Source of the DNA: a virus
Lineage: Duplodnaviria; Heunggongvirae; Uroviricota; Caudoviricetes
Direction: 5' to 3' (one strand)
Virus record (IMG/VR): IMGVR_UViG_3300028591_000113
Location: 1 to 46,086 of that record
DNA length: 46,086 nucleotides
The position numbers and the translations under genes are program-made. Every line of letters begins with the position of its first letter. Position 1 is the stretch's first letter. Below, piece by piece: positions 24,833-35,649 of this stretch. Under the pieces are notes generated by a model. The model was not told where the DNA came from. It saw only the letters and a list, made by a program, of their open reading frames with translations, and did no database searches.

Positions 24833-26290
24833 TTATCTACCTAATATTCTATGAATATAGGAATTTAACTTGTCTTCTGCGGTTGTATTTTTATGTGGTT
24901 CTGGAACCGCAAATGGAACCGGTGCAGCGCTGAAGTTTTCAGCTTCTGCATTTTCCTTATAAATTTTTAATAACTTGAGTTCGAGTTCTTCAAAAGTGAG
25001 AGTATCAAGTTCATTCATAAGGTTGTTTCTTACTTCATCAGTAAGTTCGTAACTGTTAATAAGAGTTACTTTTTTCTCTCTTTTAAGGGCTTCAAGTTCT
25101 GCTCTTTCACTATCAGTAAATGAGGCAGGACTTGTGTTTTCTTGTTGATTTTGTTCTTCACTTGCTGCACTCACTTTCGAATTAGTTACAGCGACTTCAG
25201 CACTTTGATTATTGGCTGCTGGAGTAGATTCTTGAGAATCATTTGCAAACTCGTCAGGAGTCTTGTCACTTTCAGTAGGCACTGTTGTAGTTGCCTCTGT
25301 TGTAGTAGTTGTTGTTTGATCGACTGTGAAGTCCCCATCTCCAGAGTCAGTAAACTCGTTACTACTTGTGAAATCTGTGCCTGTTTGCGCAGTGTCTTCT
25401 AAGTCTTCATAAACAACATGTGTTTCAACAATTTTGCCTAATGTAACTTCGCCATCATCACTCAAGGTGTAGTAGAGTTTCATTAATTTGACTGAACCAT
25501 CGTAATAAGAGTAGAAACGATAGATGCCACAATCATCATAGAAATCTACTGCATATGTGTAATATTCATTACCATATTCTCGATTGACTGCGTCAGAAAC
25601 TTTTGCGCAAATGTCGCCTCAGGAGAGCTTCAAAAATTCGGTTACATCCATGTTTTTGGTTTCTCCTAATTGATCAGTTTTTCCTTCACAATAGTCTTTG
25701 AGTATTTTCATCTTTTCTTCAAATTGTTCATCTAAAGCAAAGAATGCTGAACCAGTGAAGGCGGGTTCTTGATCTTTCCCTAAAACACTAACACCAATGA
25801 AATGTCCTGCAGTGAATTCAATGTTTTTCAAGTGTTTTCTTTCGTCATAGTTAATGTTGTACTTTACAGTACTTGGATCGAGTTCTAAGGATTGACTATG
25901 ACCTTCAATCTTCTTAGCAATTTCTCCAACCTTACCGGGACGTTCTGTGTAATAAACTGTATCACAGACTGCCCACATTTTGCCGTCTTCATCCTCTTCG
26001 AAGGTGATTTCCCCGCAAGGGTCGACAACACCATAAATGCTTTGTTCTGTGGCATGTCCCACAAAATCATCTTTCTTCTCATCATAATAACTTACGATAG
26101 GAGTATAAGGAAGTGATTTAATGAGTTCTTCACTGAACTCGTCAGAGAAGAAACGATGGTCAGCTGTTTCACCTTTATAGAAAACACGAAGTTTTCCGCG
26201 GGAGAAACGCTCATTTTCATTTCCGCTCTCTGTGACAAAGGATAAGGTTGCAGGTCAACGGAGATCAACTTTTGGTTTACGTTTGAACAT
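24833..26290 (-). CDS. Prohead protease/scaffold fusion, 485 aa (code 4)
   Basis: ATG 26290; 2 in-frame TGA join the fragments. N-terminal YTPIVSYY...DFVGH...SQSLEL...GVSVLG protease-like region and an acidic/coiled-coil C-terminal half. Confidence 0.75.
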
Positions 26291-26304
26291 TGCAATATCC
26301 TCTT

Positions 26305-27867
26305 TTACTCATTACCTTCATTGTCATCATTTGACTCGTCATTATTGCCTGATGGCTCAATTCCAGGTTTTTTGGACTCGTCATCAGATTTTTTAGAAGG
26401 GTCATCCTTACCATCTTCATCCGCTCTATCTTCTGCAGTTTGAGTGTAAGAAGTTTGCATAGGAGTGATTTGAGTAAGATCTAAGAACGATTCAAGATTG
26501 AAAGCATCTTGAATGTGTCTTTGTTTTATACCAGACGCGACGATAAAATCTAATTTACCAACACCAAGTGTGGCATTATCTTTATATCTTTTCACATCTT
26601 CGTCTTGATTATATGGCGAGATTGGTAAAATATCAATATTTACCTCATACCCCTTCGAATCCCATTTGAATTCTAGTCAGTTATTTAAACAAACGTTGAG
26701 GAAGTTAACATATTGATTTACGAATTTTCAAACAAATGCTTTGTCTCTGACTAATCCTAATTTGAGGGCTGTTACTGAGTCGGAAGTGAAGATGCTGGCA
26801 TTGAAACCCGCATTATTGAAGATTGCCTTATAGGCATTTGCTAATACTTGGGTAGCACTGTCATCATCATCAGAAATCTTATCAACATGAACATCACCAT
26901 AAGTTGTGATTAATCTTGCTTTATCGCCATTATCAACAATTTTCTTTAAAGATTTATGAAGGGCTTTAACTTCATCAACTTCGAAGATTAATTGATCTTC
27001 ATAGTGAGGAACTGTGTGAACAACTAAATATCTTAATAAGTTGTCACTTCTTTCCAATTCATTATCTTGGTATTTTTCGTAATCAAGAATACCACCTAAG
27101 ATGTAAAGTAATGTAGGAATACCCTTTTCATTCATGAGAACCGCAGAAGAGAATGCTGGATCAAGGATTTGCCAACGATAGTTTGTGGAATCTGCCTTGA
27201 ATTTATTATATTTCTTCTTCATTTCTGATGGTCAACTCTTTAAGAAGTCTTTAATTTTTTCTTCGGAATATCCTAAATCAGTGAAGTAGGAGAAGTCGAA
27301 TTCAATAATATAAGTGCCATATTGAGTTTGACCAATGGTTCTACAATATTTTTCAGGTAATAACAACATACTTAATGTCATACTATCTTCATCTAGGAAA
27401 GTAGTAAAGAATGTTGAACCTGTTGTAAAAAGTCTAATTAAAAGTTCTGGGAACTTTGTTTCAAGCGCCAAGCCGTCAACTAATTCTAACATCTGACTAT
27501 AAATAAGTTGAAAGTCAGCATCAGCAATTTGTTTTCTAGCTTTAGCTTTACTTTTTGTATATACTCTATGCGGAGTAACTTTATATTGCCAAGTAAACAT
27601 TTGGGCTAAATAGTTAATTACTGACGCATAAATTGGGTTTGTAATATATAATTGTTTTGATGTTTCAACTAAATTTTCCTTATTAGTAATTGAATCTAAT
27701 AAGAGTTTGCGGACTGCTGCCGCATTTTGAACTTCTACTGTAGAATAGACAGAGGTTTCGCCTTGTCTATTTTTACGTGAAACTTCATCGTTATAAAGAT
27801 TTTCAAAACCTTTTGCACGATTTACCTTAAAGTTGACATTAGTGTCTTTACTTTTTTCTTTAGGCAT
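26305..27867 (-). CDS. Portal protein, 520 aa (code 4)
   Basis: Three fragments join through 3 TGA; size and position after the terminase; acidic low-complexity tail. Confidence 0.8.
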
Positions 27868-27879
27868 ATCTAACCTCCG

Positions 27880-29691
27880 CTAATCAAAGAAGGATATTTG
27901 TCGTAATCCTTTGGACATTTTACGTCTCTTTTTATAATAGTCTAATTCAAAATGTTTGTTTACGCCATAAACCATATATTCCATCATGGAGAAAAAGTCC
28001 TTTTGAATACTGGTATCACGACGAACAATTTTTAATGTATTACTGAGTTGGTCTGATGTATTTACTATATCAAGGTTACGAAGTTCCATTTCTGCTTTAT
28101 CCATTGTTTGATAAACTTGTAAGAAATGTTTTTGTCTCTTGATACTCATTTGAGTGAATGATTTATTCTGACTGTAGAGTGAGAGCGCATCAGATAATTT
28201 TATAGGGAATGTAATGGCTCCTGTACTCATTCTTGAGAAGAAGAAGAAGTGAATTTCTTCACCAGTCTTACCACCAGATTTTATCTCATAACATATTGTC
28301 TTCTCTTTTGGATATTTTCGCAAATCTTTGCTTGCATTATCTGGAGGATTTATAATTCCTAGTCCTTCGTATAAAATTCCTTGCTTGTCTCGTGTTTCCT
28401 TATTAAGCCAGTCACGCATGGCCGCGCCAATACCGTTAGCGTCGTAAATAAGTAACTTGGCATTATAAGTAAGGACTAGTTTCTTAAACTCATTCGCAAT
28501 TTCCATATAGTCAGTAGAAGGAATGGTTAAGAGGTTAATGAATTTATAAGTGAAATAATGTTCTTTAGGAATGACTCGGGCAACACCGACTGCCGTTTCG
28601 GCAGAACCATCCTTAGCCATATCGGCGCATATTACATAAAATTCATTATTTTCTACTGCCATATCTGAACGCTTATCTTTGAGTTCAATAAGTTTAACCT
28701 GGCGTAACGCCGCAACGACTGATGAGCTGAAGGCCGCACCTTGAGGCGCATCACTCCAACGACTCAAGTATTCTCTAGCAAAAGATGCAGGAGAGAAAGA
28801 AGGAGAATTTCTAACTTCATCAATTTGTTTTTGAGCGGTTAAACCAAGTTTTAATGGTATCATATATGTTCCACCAAGAACAAAATACTTGTCTGGTTCT
28901 AGGATAGACATACATAAAATTTCTAATAGTTTTTGATAAGCAAAGGTTCCTTGATACCCCGCAGTAGTAATATATATTTGTTGAGATTGCGGTTCATTTG
29001 GATTAATTAAACCATTTGCCATTGTACGAGGTCTGTTAAGTAATGGAATATAAACTTCGTTAACTTTAGTGGCATCTTGTTCAATAATTTCTTCGAAGAT
29101 TAATGATTCTCTACGAAGACCTCTGACGTTACCTAAGTCAAGATGCGAACCATTTTTAAAGGCAAATTCTACATAGTCTGCGCCCATTTTATAGGCATCA
29201 AGTAATTTGCCTGCAATCTTACGTTTTTGCATCTCGTTCGCGAGGAGCGGGAATTTTACTCATAGGTCATCGACGACTTTTTGCTTTGCGATTTCAGCCG
29301 CTTGTTTATTTGTACCAGCGGTAATAGTTGTGTTATGGCGAGGAATAAACATACAGTGTAAATAACGATCTAGGTCTGCCAAGAAAGATTTAGAAGTACC
29401 ACGGCTAAAGAACATATATGAGTTATTGCCTCTTGCCATACAACGCATAATCATACGTTGGAAAAAGAACAAATGAAAGTGACTTGATTTCGGAGTAATC
29501 AAGTCTACGAAGTAGTCAGGATATGCAATAAAAAAGTTAAGAAAATTTCCAACTTCTTCAAAGTTTTCATTAATTCTTTTCTTTGTTAAGAAGCCTGTAT
29601 GGTCCTGCTCATCTTCATCCAGGAAATTAAAATAGTCTTCAATTTCTGAATCTATGGAATCATCAAAAATGTCGTCTGATATAAGTCCCAT
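27880..29691 (-). CDS. terL: Terminase large subunit, 603 aa (code 4)
   Basis: Walker A-like FSRGTSKS, Walker B LIFEE, ITTAG coupling motif, nuclease ICADMA. One TGA at 29260 (DDL-W-VKFPLLANEM). Confidence 0.9.
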
Positions 29692-30734
29692 TAGTTCTCC
29701 TTACGTTTAATTGTTGGCGCAACTTCTTCATCTTCGCCAAGATCTTCTTCATCTTCAGCAAAATTATGTTCTGTTGCGACAGTATCATTTTCTGTTTCAA
29801 TCTCGCCATCATCAGGCATAGCATCCATTAAATCAGATAGAGGAGTGGCCTGTGTCGCCGCATTGAAGTGTTCTTCTTCAGTTTGTTCTAATCGTTTTTT
29901 CGCGAGTTGTTCTAAGAGTGGTTGTAAACCTGTTGCTTCTAAAACCAATGATCTAAGGGTTTCTTGCATATCTTTGATACAACCATCTACTTCATCTCTA
30001 TCATAACCATCATAGAATTTGAATTTGAAACCTTGTTTTTCCATGTAATCGTAAAGTTCAGCGACTGTTGTAATGTCGTCTGTCTTTGTTTCTTGAATAA
30101 GGTTATCAAGGTCTGCTTGCTTAGCGAATGTATTCCAAGCGGACGAAAAGTCTTTAATTGCTTTTGCGTCTTTCGCTCTAACAGCTTCATCAATTTCAAT
30201 TTGAAGTTTACAAAGAGTTTTAATTGCTTCTTTTTGAAGTGGGTTAGTAATATTGTTTGCTTTAAGCGTACGTGTATAAATTGAGTCGAGTTTTATTAGC
30301 TCTTCGAAAGTGTATTGCTCGCCCCATTTTAGATGACCTCTTTCGATGTAGGACTCTTTCATTGGTGGCAAGCGATTTAAAATTTGCGCAAAAGAACGGC
30401 ACTTTTCCCATTCGCGGTTAGTGCGTTTTCATAAATCTTTAGTGCTTGATTCGTATGCTAAATTAGGGCGATTTTCTTGTTCGTCCAACATACCGATTGT
30501 ATATTCTCTAAAAATATCTTCGTTGTATTGTTCCATCAAGGAAATCCAAATTTTTGGCATCCATGGAAGATTATATGTTCTACAGAAAAATTCTGCATGT
30601 TCTAAATTGTTGTAATCTAAGTGACTATTGATGCAATCGAAACAAATTGTTTCGCCACTTAGCGGGTTATTACTGAACATAAGTTCTGCTTCTTTTCCGC
30701 ATTGTGGGCATCTTCCTTTTTTAAATGTTATCAT
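29691..30734 (-). CDS. Cys-rich protein, candidate terminase small subunit, 347 aa (code 4)
   Basis: CPQC and CFDC pairs; fragments join through one TGA; stop overlaps the terL start. Confidence 0.6.
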
Positions 30735-30754
30735 AGAGTACTCCTATCATCACT

Positions 30755-30783
30755 ATTATAATGCAACGATTTTTAAAAGACAA
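30755..30783 (-). promoter_or_regulatory. Promoter TTGTCT-N17-TATAAT of the morphogenesis operon
   Basis: Hexamers with a 17-nt spacer upstream of SD GGAG and ATG 30734. Confidence 0.65.
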
Positions 30784-30870
30784 AAATACAAAATTAGGTA
30801 TCATTTTTAGTTTCTATTTTTGATATAAGTTACAACCAATAATAATCTAGTTATATAAGTGAGGTAGAAT

Positions 30871-31047
30871 ATGATTTTATCACCTGAAAAGAAAAAGAAA
30901 TTGCCTATAGAAGACAGTGAAGAAGAAAACTATTGTTATTATAGTGAAGATGAAGAAACTGATGCTGACGAATTAAATGAAATCATATCTCAGCTTCAAG
31001 ATAGTGGAGTGGACCTTAGCGCTCTATTTGATGATAGTTGGAAATAA
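30871..31047 (+). CDS. Small acidic protein (58 aa), absent from the ORF track
   Basis: SD GAGGT, ATG 30871, TAA 31047, followed by a terminator; about 18 of 58 residues are D/E. Confidence 0.7.
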   Translation: MILSPEKKKKLPIEDSEEENYCYYSEDEETDADELNEIISQLQDSGVDLSALFDDSWK

Positions 31048-31083
31048 TTATAGAATATAAGAGATAGATTTCAAAATTGAATA

Positions 31084-31111
31084 AAAGTTTGGTGAAAGCC
31101 AAACTTTTTTT
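31084..31111 (+). terminator. Rho-independent terminator
   Basis: AAAGTTTGG-TGAAAG-CCAAACTTT followed by a T-run. Confidence 0.7.
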
Positions 31112-31144
31112 GTATAATAATGATAGATTGGAAAGGAACTTTTT

Positions 31145-32146
31145 ATGATTGTATTAAGTATCATATTATCTATAATATGTGTAATATTACTTGGCTTAAG
31201 TATCTATGCTTTCAACCTAAGTCGAAGTTGTCGCCGCATCAAAGACGACTTAGCGCAAGCTAAAGCGAAGCGGGACAAGTTTGAAGCTCTCGCGAACCTT
31301 TACGAAGAACAAAATAAAGACCTCCATGAAAAATTACTACAGAAGGAAAATGATGCTGGTTTCGCGCAAGGTCAACAAGTTCAAGGAGAAGTCCAAGTAC
31401 GCGATGTCGCCGCAGAACTAAATAGTCTTAAAGAACAAAAAGAGATAGAGGCTTTGAAAGTCTCAGGCCTAGCGTTTACCAATTACATGTTTCTTCAGTC
31501 TCTCGCGACTTCTAAGGAAGAGCAATTACAGGTAGCAAACGTTACTCATGGCCTGGAGAACCGCAATAGAGAATTGTTAGAGGAACAATCCACTCTTCAG
31601 GGTGATGTGAAAAATTTACGTAATGAATTGAACCGATACCTTGCCATTAGAGAGGTTGTCGATAAAAGTATCAACGACGTTATTTGGTCTCCGATTTTGA
31701 AGGAAAAAGAAGCCAAATTGGTAGATATCTTAGATGAACTCAAGGATTTATATCCAGATCTTGCGATAGATTTCGCCAACATTGAGTGGAAGAAAATATG
31801 GATGCCGCAACTTCAAGAATTGGGCAGTGCCATCGATAAAGTTAGAGGTATTTATAGATTAGTATTGAAAGGTACTAAAAGTTGGGTAGTCGGCATAGAC
31901 CCACACGATGCGCCGATACTGGCCAGTTACGTCGGTCAGGCTGTGGATATCAAGGAAAGATGGTATCAGCATGTTAAAAAGATGGTCGGCGTAATGAGTA
32001 AGGGCAATGAAAGATTATATAATTATCGACCTGAAGATTTTGATTGGTGCATTGTACAACAAGGTAGTAATGTAGATTTAAATGAAAGTGAAAAATACTG
32101 GATTGATTACTATTGCTGCACCGATGCACTCAACAAGAAAAGGTAG
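31145..32146 (+). CDS. Membrane-anchored coiled-coil protein with C-terminal GIY-YIG nuclease domain, 333 aa
   Basis: N-terminal hydrophobic helix, heptad-rich middle, GIY...YVGQAVDIKERWYQH and E..WIDYY. Confidence 0.75.
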   Translation: MIVLSIILSIICVILLGLSIYAFNLSRSCRRIKDDLAQAKAKRDKFEALANLYEEQNKDLHEKLLQKENDAGFAQGQQVQGEVQVRDVAAELNSLKEQKEIEALKVSGLAFTNYMFLQSLATSKEEQLQVANVTHGLENRNRELLEEQSTLQGDVKNLRNELNRYLAIREVVDKSINDVIWSPILKEKEAKLVDILDELKDLYPDLAIDFANIEWKKIWMPQLQELGSAIDKVRGIYRLVLKGTKSWVVGIDPHDAPILASYVGQAVDIKERWYQHVKKMVGVMSKGNERLYNYRPEDFDWCIVQQGSNVDLNESEKYWIDYYCCTDALNKKR

Positions 32147-32646
32147 TCGGCATAGACCACACTGAAAAAACGGGTATACAAAAAACGTCACACACGATCT
32201 TTTGACCAGAGGGGTGCGGGGAGATTTGCGTTTTTTCCGAGAAAAATGAATATACCCCCCGTGTAGGTTAAATATATACTGCGTATATAAAGACCGACCC
32301 CACCCCTATTTGTAGGTTAAATCTATTCCGTTTGGTATATACACGCATACGCGTATTATAATATATATTGCGTTGCGTGTTTTCTTTTATCTTTTTATAT
32401 ATTGCGTTGCTTTGCGTGTTTTAAGGCGTTTTAAGGCGTTTTTATTGCGTGATAATGTTTTTATATATTGCGTTGCTTAAATTGTCTTAAAATGTCTTTT
32501 TTAATTGTTTTATTTATTTATTATTTATTTGTTATTTATTCATTATTTATTCGTTATTTATTCAATTTTTTTTCATTTTTTAATATATATAAATATATAT
32601 TACTTTTTATTTAAGTGAGTAAAATAAAAAACTTTTATCAAACCTA

Positions 32647-32676
32647 TTGACATATTAAATAAATTGCGCCTATAAT
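32647..32676 (+). promoter_or_regulatory. Consensus promoter TTGACA-N18-TATAAT with AT-rich UP region
   Basis: Exact consensus hexamers downstream of a very AT-rich tract. Confidence 0.75.
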
Positions 32677-32899
32677 AAGTCATCAAAATTACAAACCACC
32701 AAACAAAAAAAGGTTGCTCGTAAACCTTAACACAAAACGGGCGCAAATGTTCTTTGAAAACTGAATAGTCCAAATCAAAAAAAGACCACTAGCGAGTATG
32801 TGCGCGATAATGGGGCAAACTTTGAGATAGGACAAGTAAAGCGCAAATCATACCTATATGCGACTTGAAAACAAACACAAAAGAAAAGAGGAAAAAATT

Positions 32900-33400
32900 A
32901 TGAAAAAGGCAATTTTATTAAGCATTTTAGCACAACAACAACAACAAACCAAAAAGACAACAAGACAAGATATTATCTCACTCGTTGCAAACCTCGTGCA
33001 AAAGCACATTAAAGACAATGCCGAAATTAACGGCATTAACTTAACACGCGACCAAATCGGTGTTAATCTCGGTGAAGTCGTTGAAGTGATTATGAAATCA
33101 CTTTATAGAAACAAACTCGCCAAATCTTCCAGCAATCAACACTTTGACTTAACCGCCAAAGGTGAAAAAGTAGAGGTTAAGTTTACAACTAGCGACGCCT
33201 ATGCGCACCCAATCAACAAGAACGAAAAAGTAGGTTATTACTTAATCGTTGCTTATAGCAAAAAACTCGGTGGTATGGTGTTCAAAGTCCCATACGAAAA
33301 CCGAAACGAAATTGATACAAACAACCAAGCGCGTATCACTATCAACCAAAAACAAAAGTTCTTTGATAAAGAACTCACTGCAAGAGTGTTCGGGGCATAA
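32900..33400 (+). CDS. Hypothetical protein with PD-(D/E)xK-like motif, 166 aa
   Basis: SD GAGGA favours ATG 32900; HFDLTAKGEKVEVKF resembles D-xn-E-x-K. Confidence 0.6.
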   Translation: MKKAILLSILAQQQQQTKKTTRQDIISLVANLVQKHIKDNAEINGINLTRDQIGVNLGEVVEVIMKSLYRNKLAKSSSNQHFDLTAKGEKVEVKFTTSDAYAHPINKNEKVGYYLIVAYSKKLGGMVFKVPYENRNEIDTNNQARITINQKQKFFDKELTARVFGA

Positions 33401-33795
33401 TCCCCGAACCTCTTAAAGAGTTAACCGCAAAAGTAGGTTAATTCTTTAAGAGGTATCTATCACCTCAGTAAGATAGACGGAATACCTATATCTTCCGCAA
33501 ATGTAGGTTAGCACAAAAGGGAGGTGCTGTAAAAGATAAGGTCAATCCGCGTCCTACCTCGTGTTAATGGTAGGTTGTAAGGGTCTCAAAGAATGCCCAA
33601 GAGAGTACTGCGTAAAACGAGGGAAAAAGTAGGTTAGAGGCAAACCACGGATAGACAACAAAGACACTATCAAAAAACTCGGGTCAAAGACCTTGCGCCG
33701 TGCCAATGTAGGTAGACGGAAAACCGCAAAAGTGGGGAGTGGGTATTCACTCCTGCAAGAGATAGACGGAATTGAAGAAAGGTAGGTTAAAAACT

Positions 33796-33951
33796 ATGGC
33801 AAAAGATTTATTACAAGCAATTTACTATCACGAAATGCGCTTAAAATTATTGCGCAGTTGCCCATCGGCAAACAAATCACTCAAAAACAAAATCACACAA
33901 CTTGAAAACGAACTCCACGCGTTAAAAGTGCGCTATATGACCGCATACTAG
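33796..33951 (+). CDS. Small hypothetical protein (51 aa), absent from the ORF track
   Basis: SD AAGG, ATG 33796, TAG 33951; flanked by a 31-bp direct repeat. Confidence 0.65.
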   Translation: MAKDLLQAIYYHEMRLKLLRSCPSANKSLKNKITQLENELHALKVRYMTAY

Positions 33952-33982
33952 ACGGAATTGAAGAAAGGTAGGTTAAAAAATT

Positions 33983-34165
33983 ATGGCTTTCAATTTCAAA
34001 GAAGAACTCATCAAAGAGGGTAGAGAACTCCAAAGTAGGTTAATCGCCTACAAGAACCTTCCGCAGACGGAAAGTTCAAAAGAGGGTATGGAACGTATCA
34101 AATGTAGGTTAGATATGATTAGCACATACCTTCGTGTAAAATATAACATCATGGCTTACAAATAG
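33983..34165 (+). CDS. Small hypothetical protein (60 aa)
   Basis: Same upstream element as 33796; similar C-terminus. Confidence 0.7.
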   Translation: MAFNFKEELIKEGRELQSRLIAYKNLPQTESSKEGMERIKCRLDMISTYLRVKYNIMAYK

Positions 34166-34182
34166 ACGGAAAAACCTTCCGT

Positions 34183-34223
34183 CCTTAGCCAAGCCTTAAA
34201 TGTAGGTTAGGGCTTGGCTAAGG
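34183..34223 (+). other. Long hairpin with TGTAGGTTA in the loop (terminator or processing site)
   Basis: CCTTAGCCAAGCC/GGCTTGGCTAAGG arms. A similar hairpin lies at ~33,409-33,453 (CCTCTTAAAGA/TCTTTAAGAGG). Confidence 0.6.
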
Positions 34224-34308
34224 GCAGACGGAAAGTGGTGCAAACCACTTGCAAGCAACCCTTAAAAATGTTATAATAGTAGCGTAGAAAGAAAGGTAGG
34301 AAAAACAA

Positions 34309-34794
34309 ATGAAAGATTACGCAGACGGAAAATTAAACATCTATATTGATATGGATGGCGTGCTTGCTGATTTCTTCGGCGAGCCAAACAACCTCAAAAG
34401 GTTTGAGACGGAAAAGGGCTTCTTCCGTAGGTTAAAACCCTTCAAAAAGAATGTCCAAGCGGTTAGAAAGTTAATCGCAGACGGAAAACACAATGTGTTT
34501 GTCTTATCGGCAAGTCCAAACGAACGCGCTGATACCGACAAGAGATTATGGTTAGCGCAATATATCCCCGAACTCGAGACGGAAAATGCCATTATTATGA
34601 GAAATGGCGAAAACAAGACCGACTATATGAGAACGGCAGACGGAATTCTCTTTGATGACTACGGCAAAAATATCCAACAATGGTTATGTAAAAATCTCGG
34701 TTGTAATAGAGCCGTAAAGATTAGGACAGACGGAGACATAGCCGATGGACTTAAAGCCATTCACTTATTCCCAAATGCATTGATAAATGCGTAG
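34309..34794 (+). CDS. HAD-family 5'(3')-deoxyribonucleotidase-like protein, 161 aa
   Basis: IYIDMDGVLADF, VLSASP, K..WL, ILFDDYGKNIQQW motifs. Confidence 0.85.
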   Translation: MKDYADGKLNIYIDMDGVLADFFGEPNNLKRFETEKGFFRRLKPFKKNVQAVRKLIADGKHNVFVLSASPNERADTDKRLWLAQYIPELETENAIIMRNGENKTDYMRTADGILFDDYGKNIQQWLCKNLGCNRAVKIRTDGDIADGLKAIHLFPNALINA

Positions 34795-34878
34795 ACGGAA
34801 AATGACACTAGGGGCTTGAATTGAGCCCCTAAGTGTGATATAATGATAGCGTAGCGAAAGAAAGGTAAGGTAAACAAT

Positions 34879-35061
34879 ATGCGCGAATACATTAACACAC
34901 AAACAGGAGAAATCATACACACAGACGGATTTCGTTTACACGCATACAAGGTCTTAAAGAACGGAGACCACACAACAAGACTTGGAGATGTAATTTCTCT
35001 AAAGAAATATAGACGGAAACAAGCCCGTCAAGCCGCCAAGCATCTGGATGCTCTGTTGTAG
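34879..35061 (+). CDS. Small hypothetical protein (60 aa)
   Basis: Own promoter and SD AAGG. Confidence 0.65.
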   Translation: MREYINTQTGEIIHTDGFRLHAYKVLKNGDHTTRLGDVISLKKYRRKQARQAAKHLDALL

Positions 35062-35315
35062 GTTAAAACTTAGACGGAAATCAAGCAAGCCAGACGGAAT
35101 CCGTCGTGGGGTGAGACGGAAGTAGGTTAAGAATATCAAGCAGACGGAAACTGAAAAATACCCCTTGCAATTCGCTAAGAAAGAGTTTATAATTAGTAGT
35201 GTGAGGTAAAGAAAAAGATAAAGAGAACCTCGCAGACGGAAAATGAAAAAAGTGGTTGAATACCCCACTTAAAAATGATATAATATATATGTAAGAAAGG
35301 TAAGGTAAAAAACTT

Positions 35316-35549
35316 ATGACAAAGAAAACAACAAAGAAAGCATACGAAACAAAGGTCTCAGACGGAAGAATTGAAATCAAGTTAATCGTTCCAACCACAG
35401 ACGGAAAGGCGCATACAGCCAGCGCACCAAACCCATTCGTGTGTCAAGTGGAAGACGCAGACGGAAAAATGGTTATGAAACAATTAACCAAGAAACAGAC
35501 GGAAGCCTTCTTGTTTGACCAAATCAAGCAATACATTAAAGCCCAATAG
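35316..35549 (+). CDS. Small hypothetical protein (77 aa)
   Basis: Own promoter and SD. Confidence 0.7.
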   Translation: MTKKTTKKAYETKVSDGRIEIKLIVPTTDGKAHTASAPNPFVCQVEDADGKMVMKQLTKKQTEAFLFDQIKQYIKAQ

Positions 35550-35649
35550 GGCAGACGGAAATAAGTAAAAACTACTTGTTTCTCTAATGTAGATATGATA
35601 TAATATCTATGTTAGAAAGATAAGTAAAGGAAAGGTAGGGCAGACGGAA

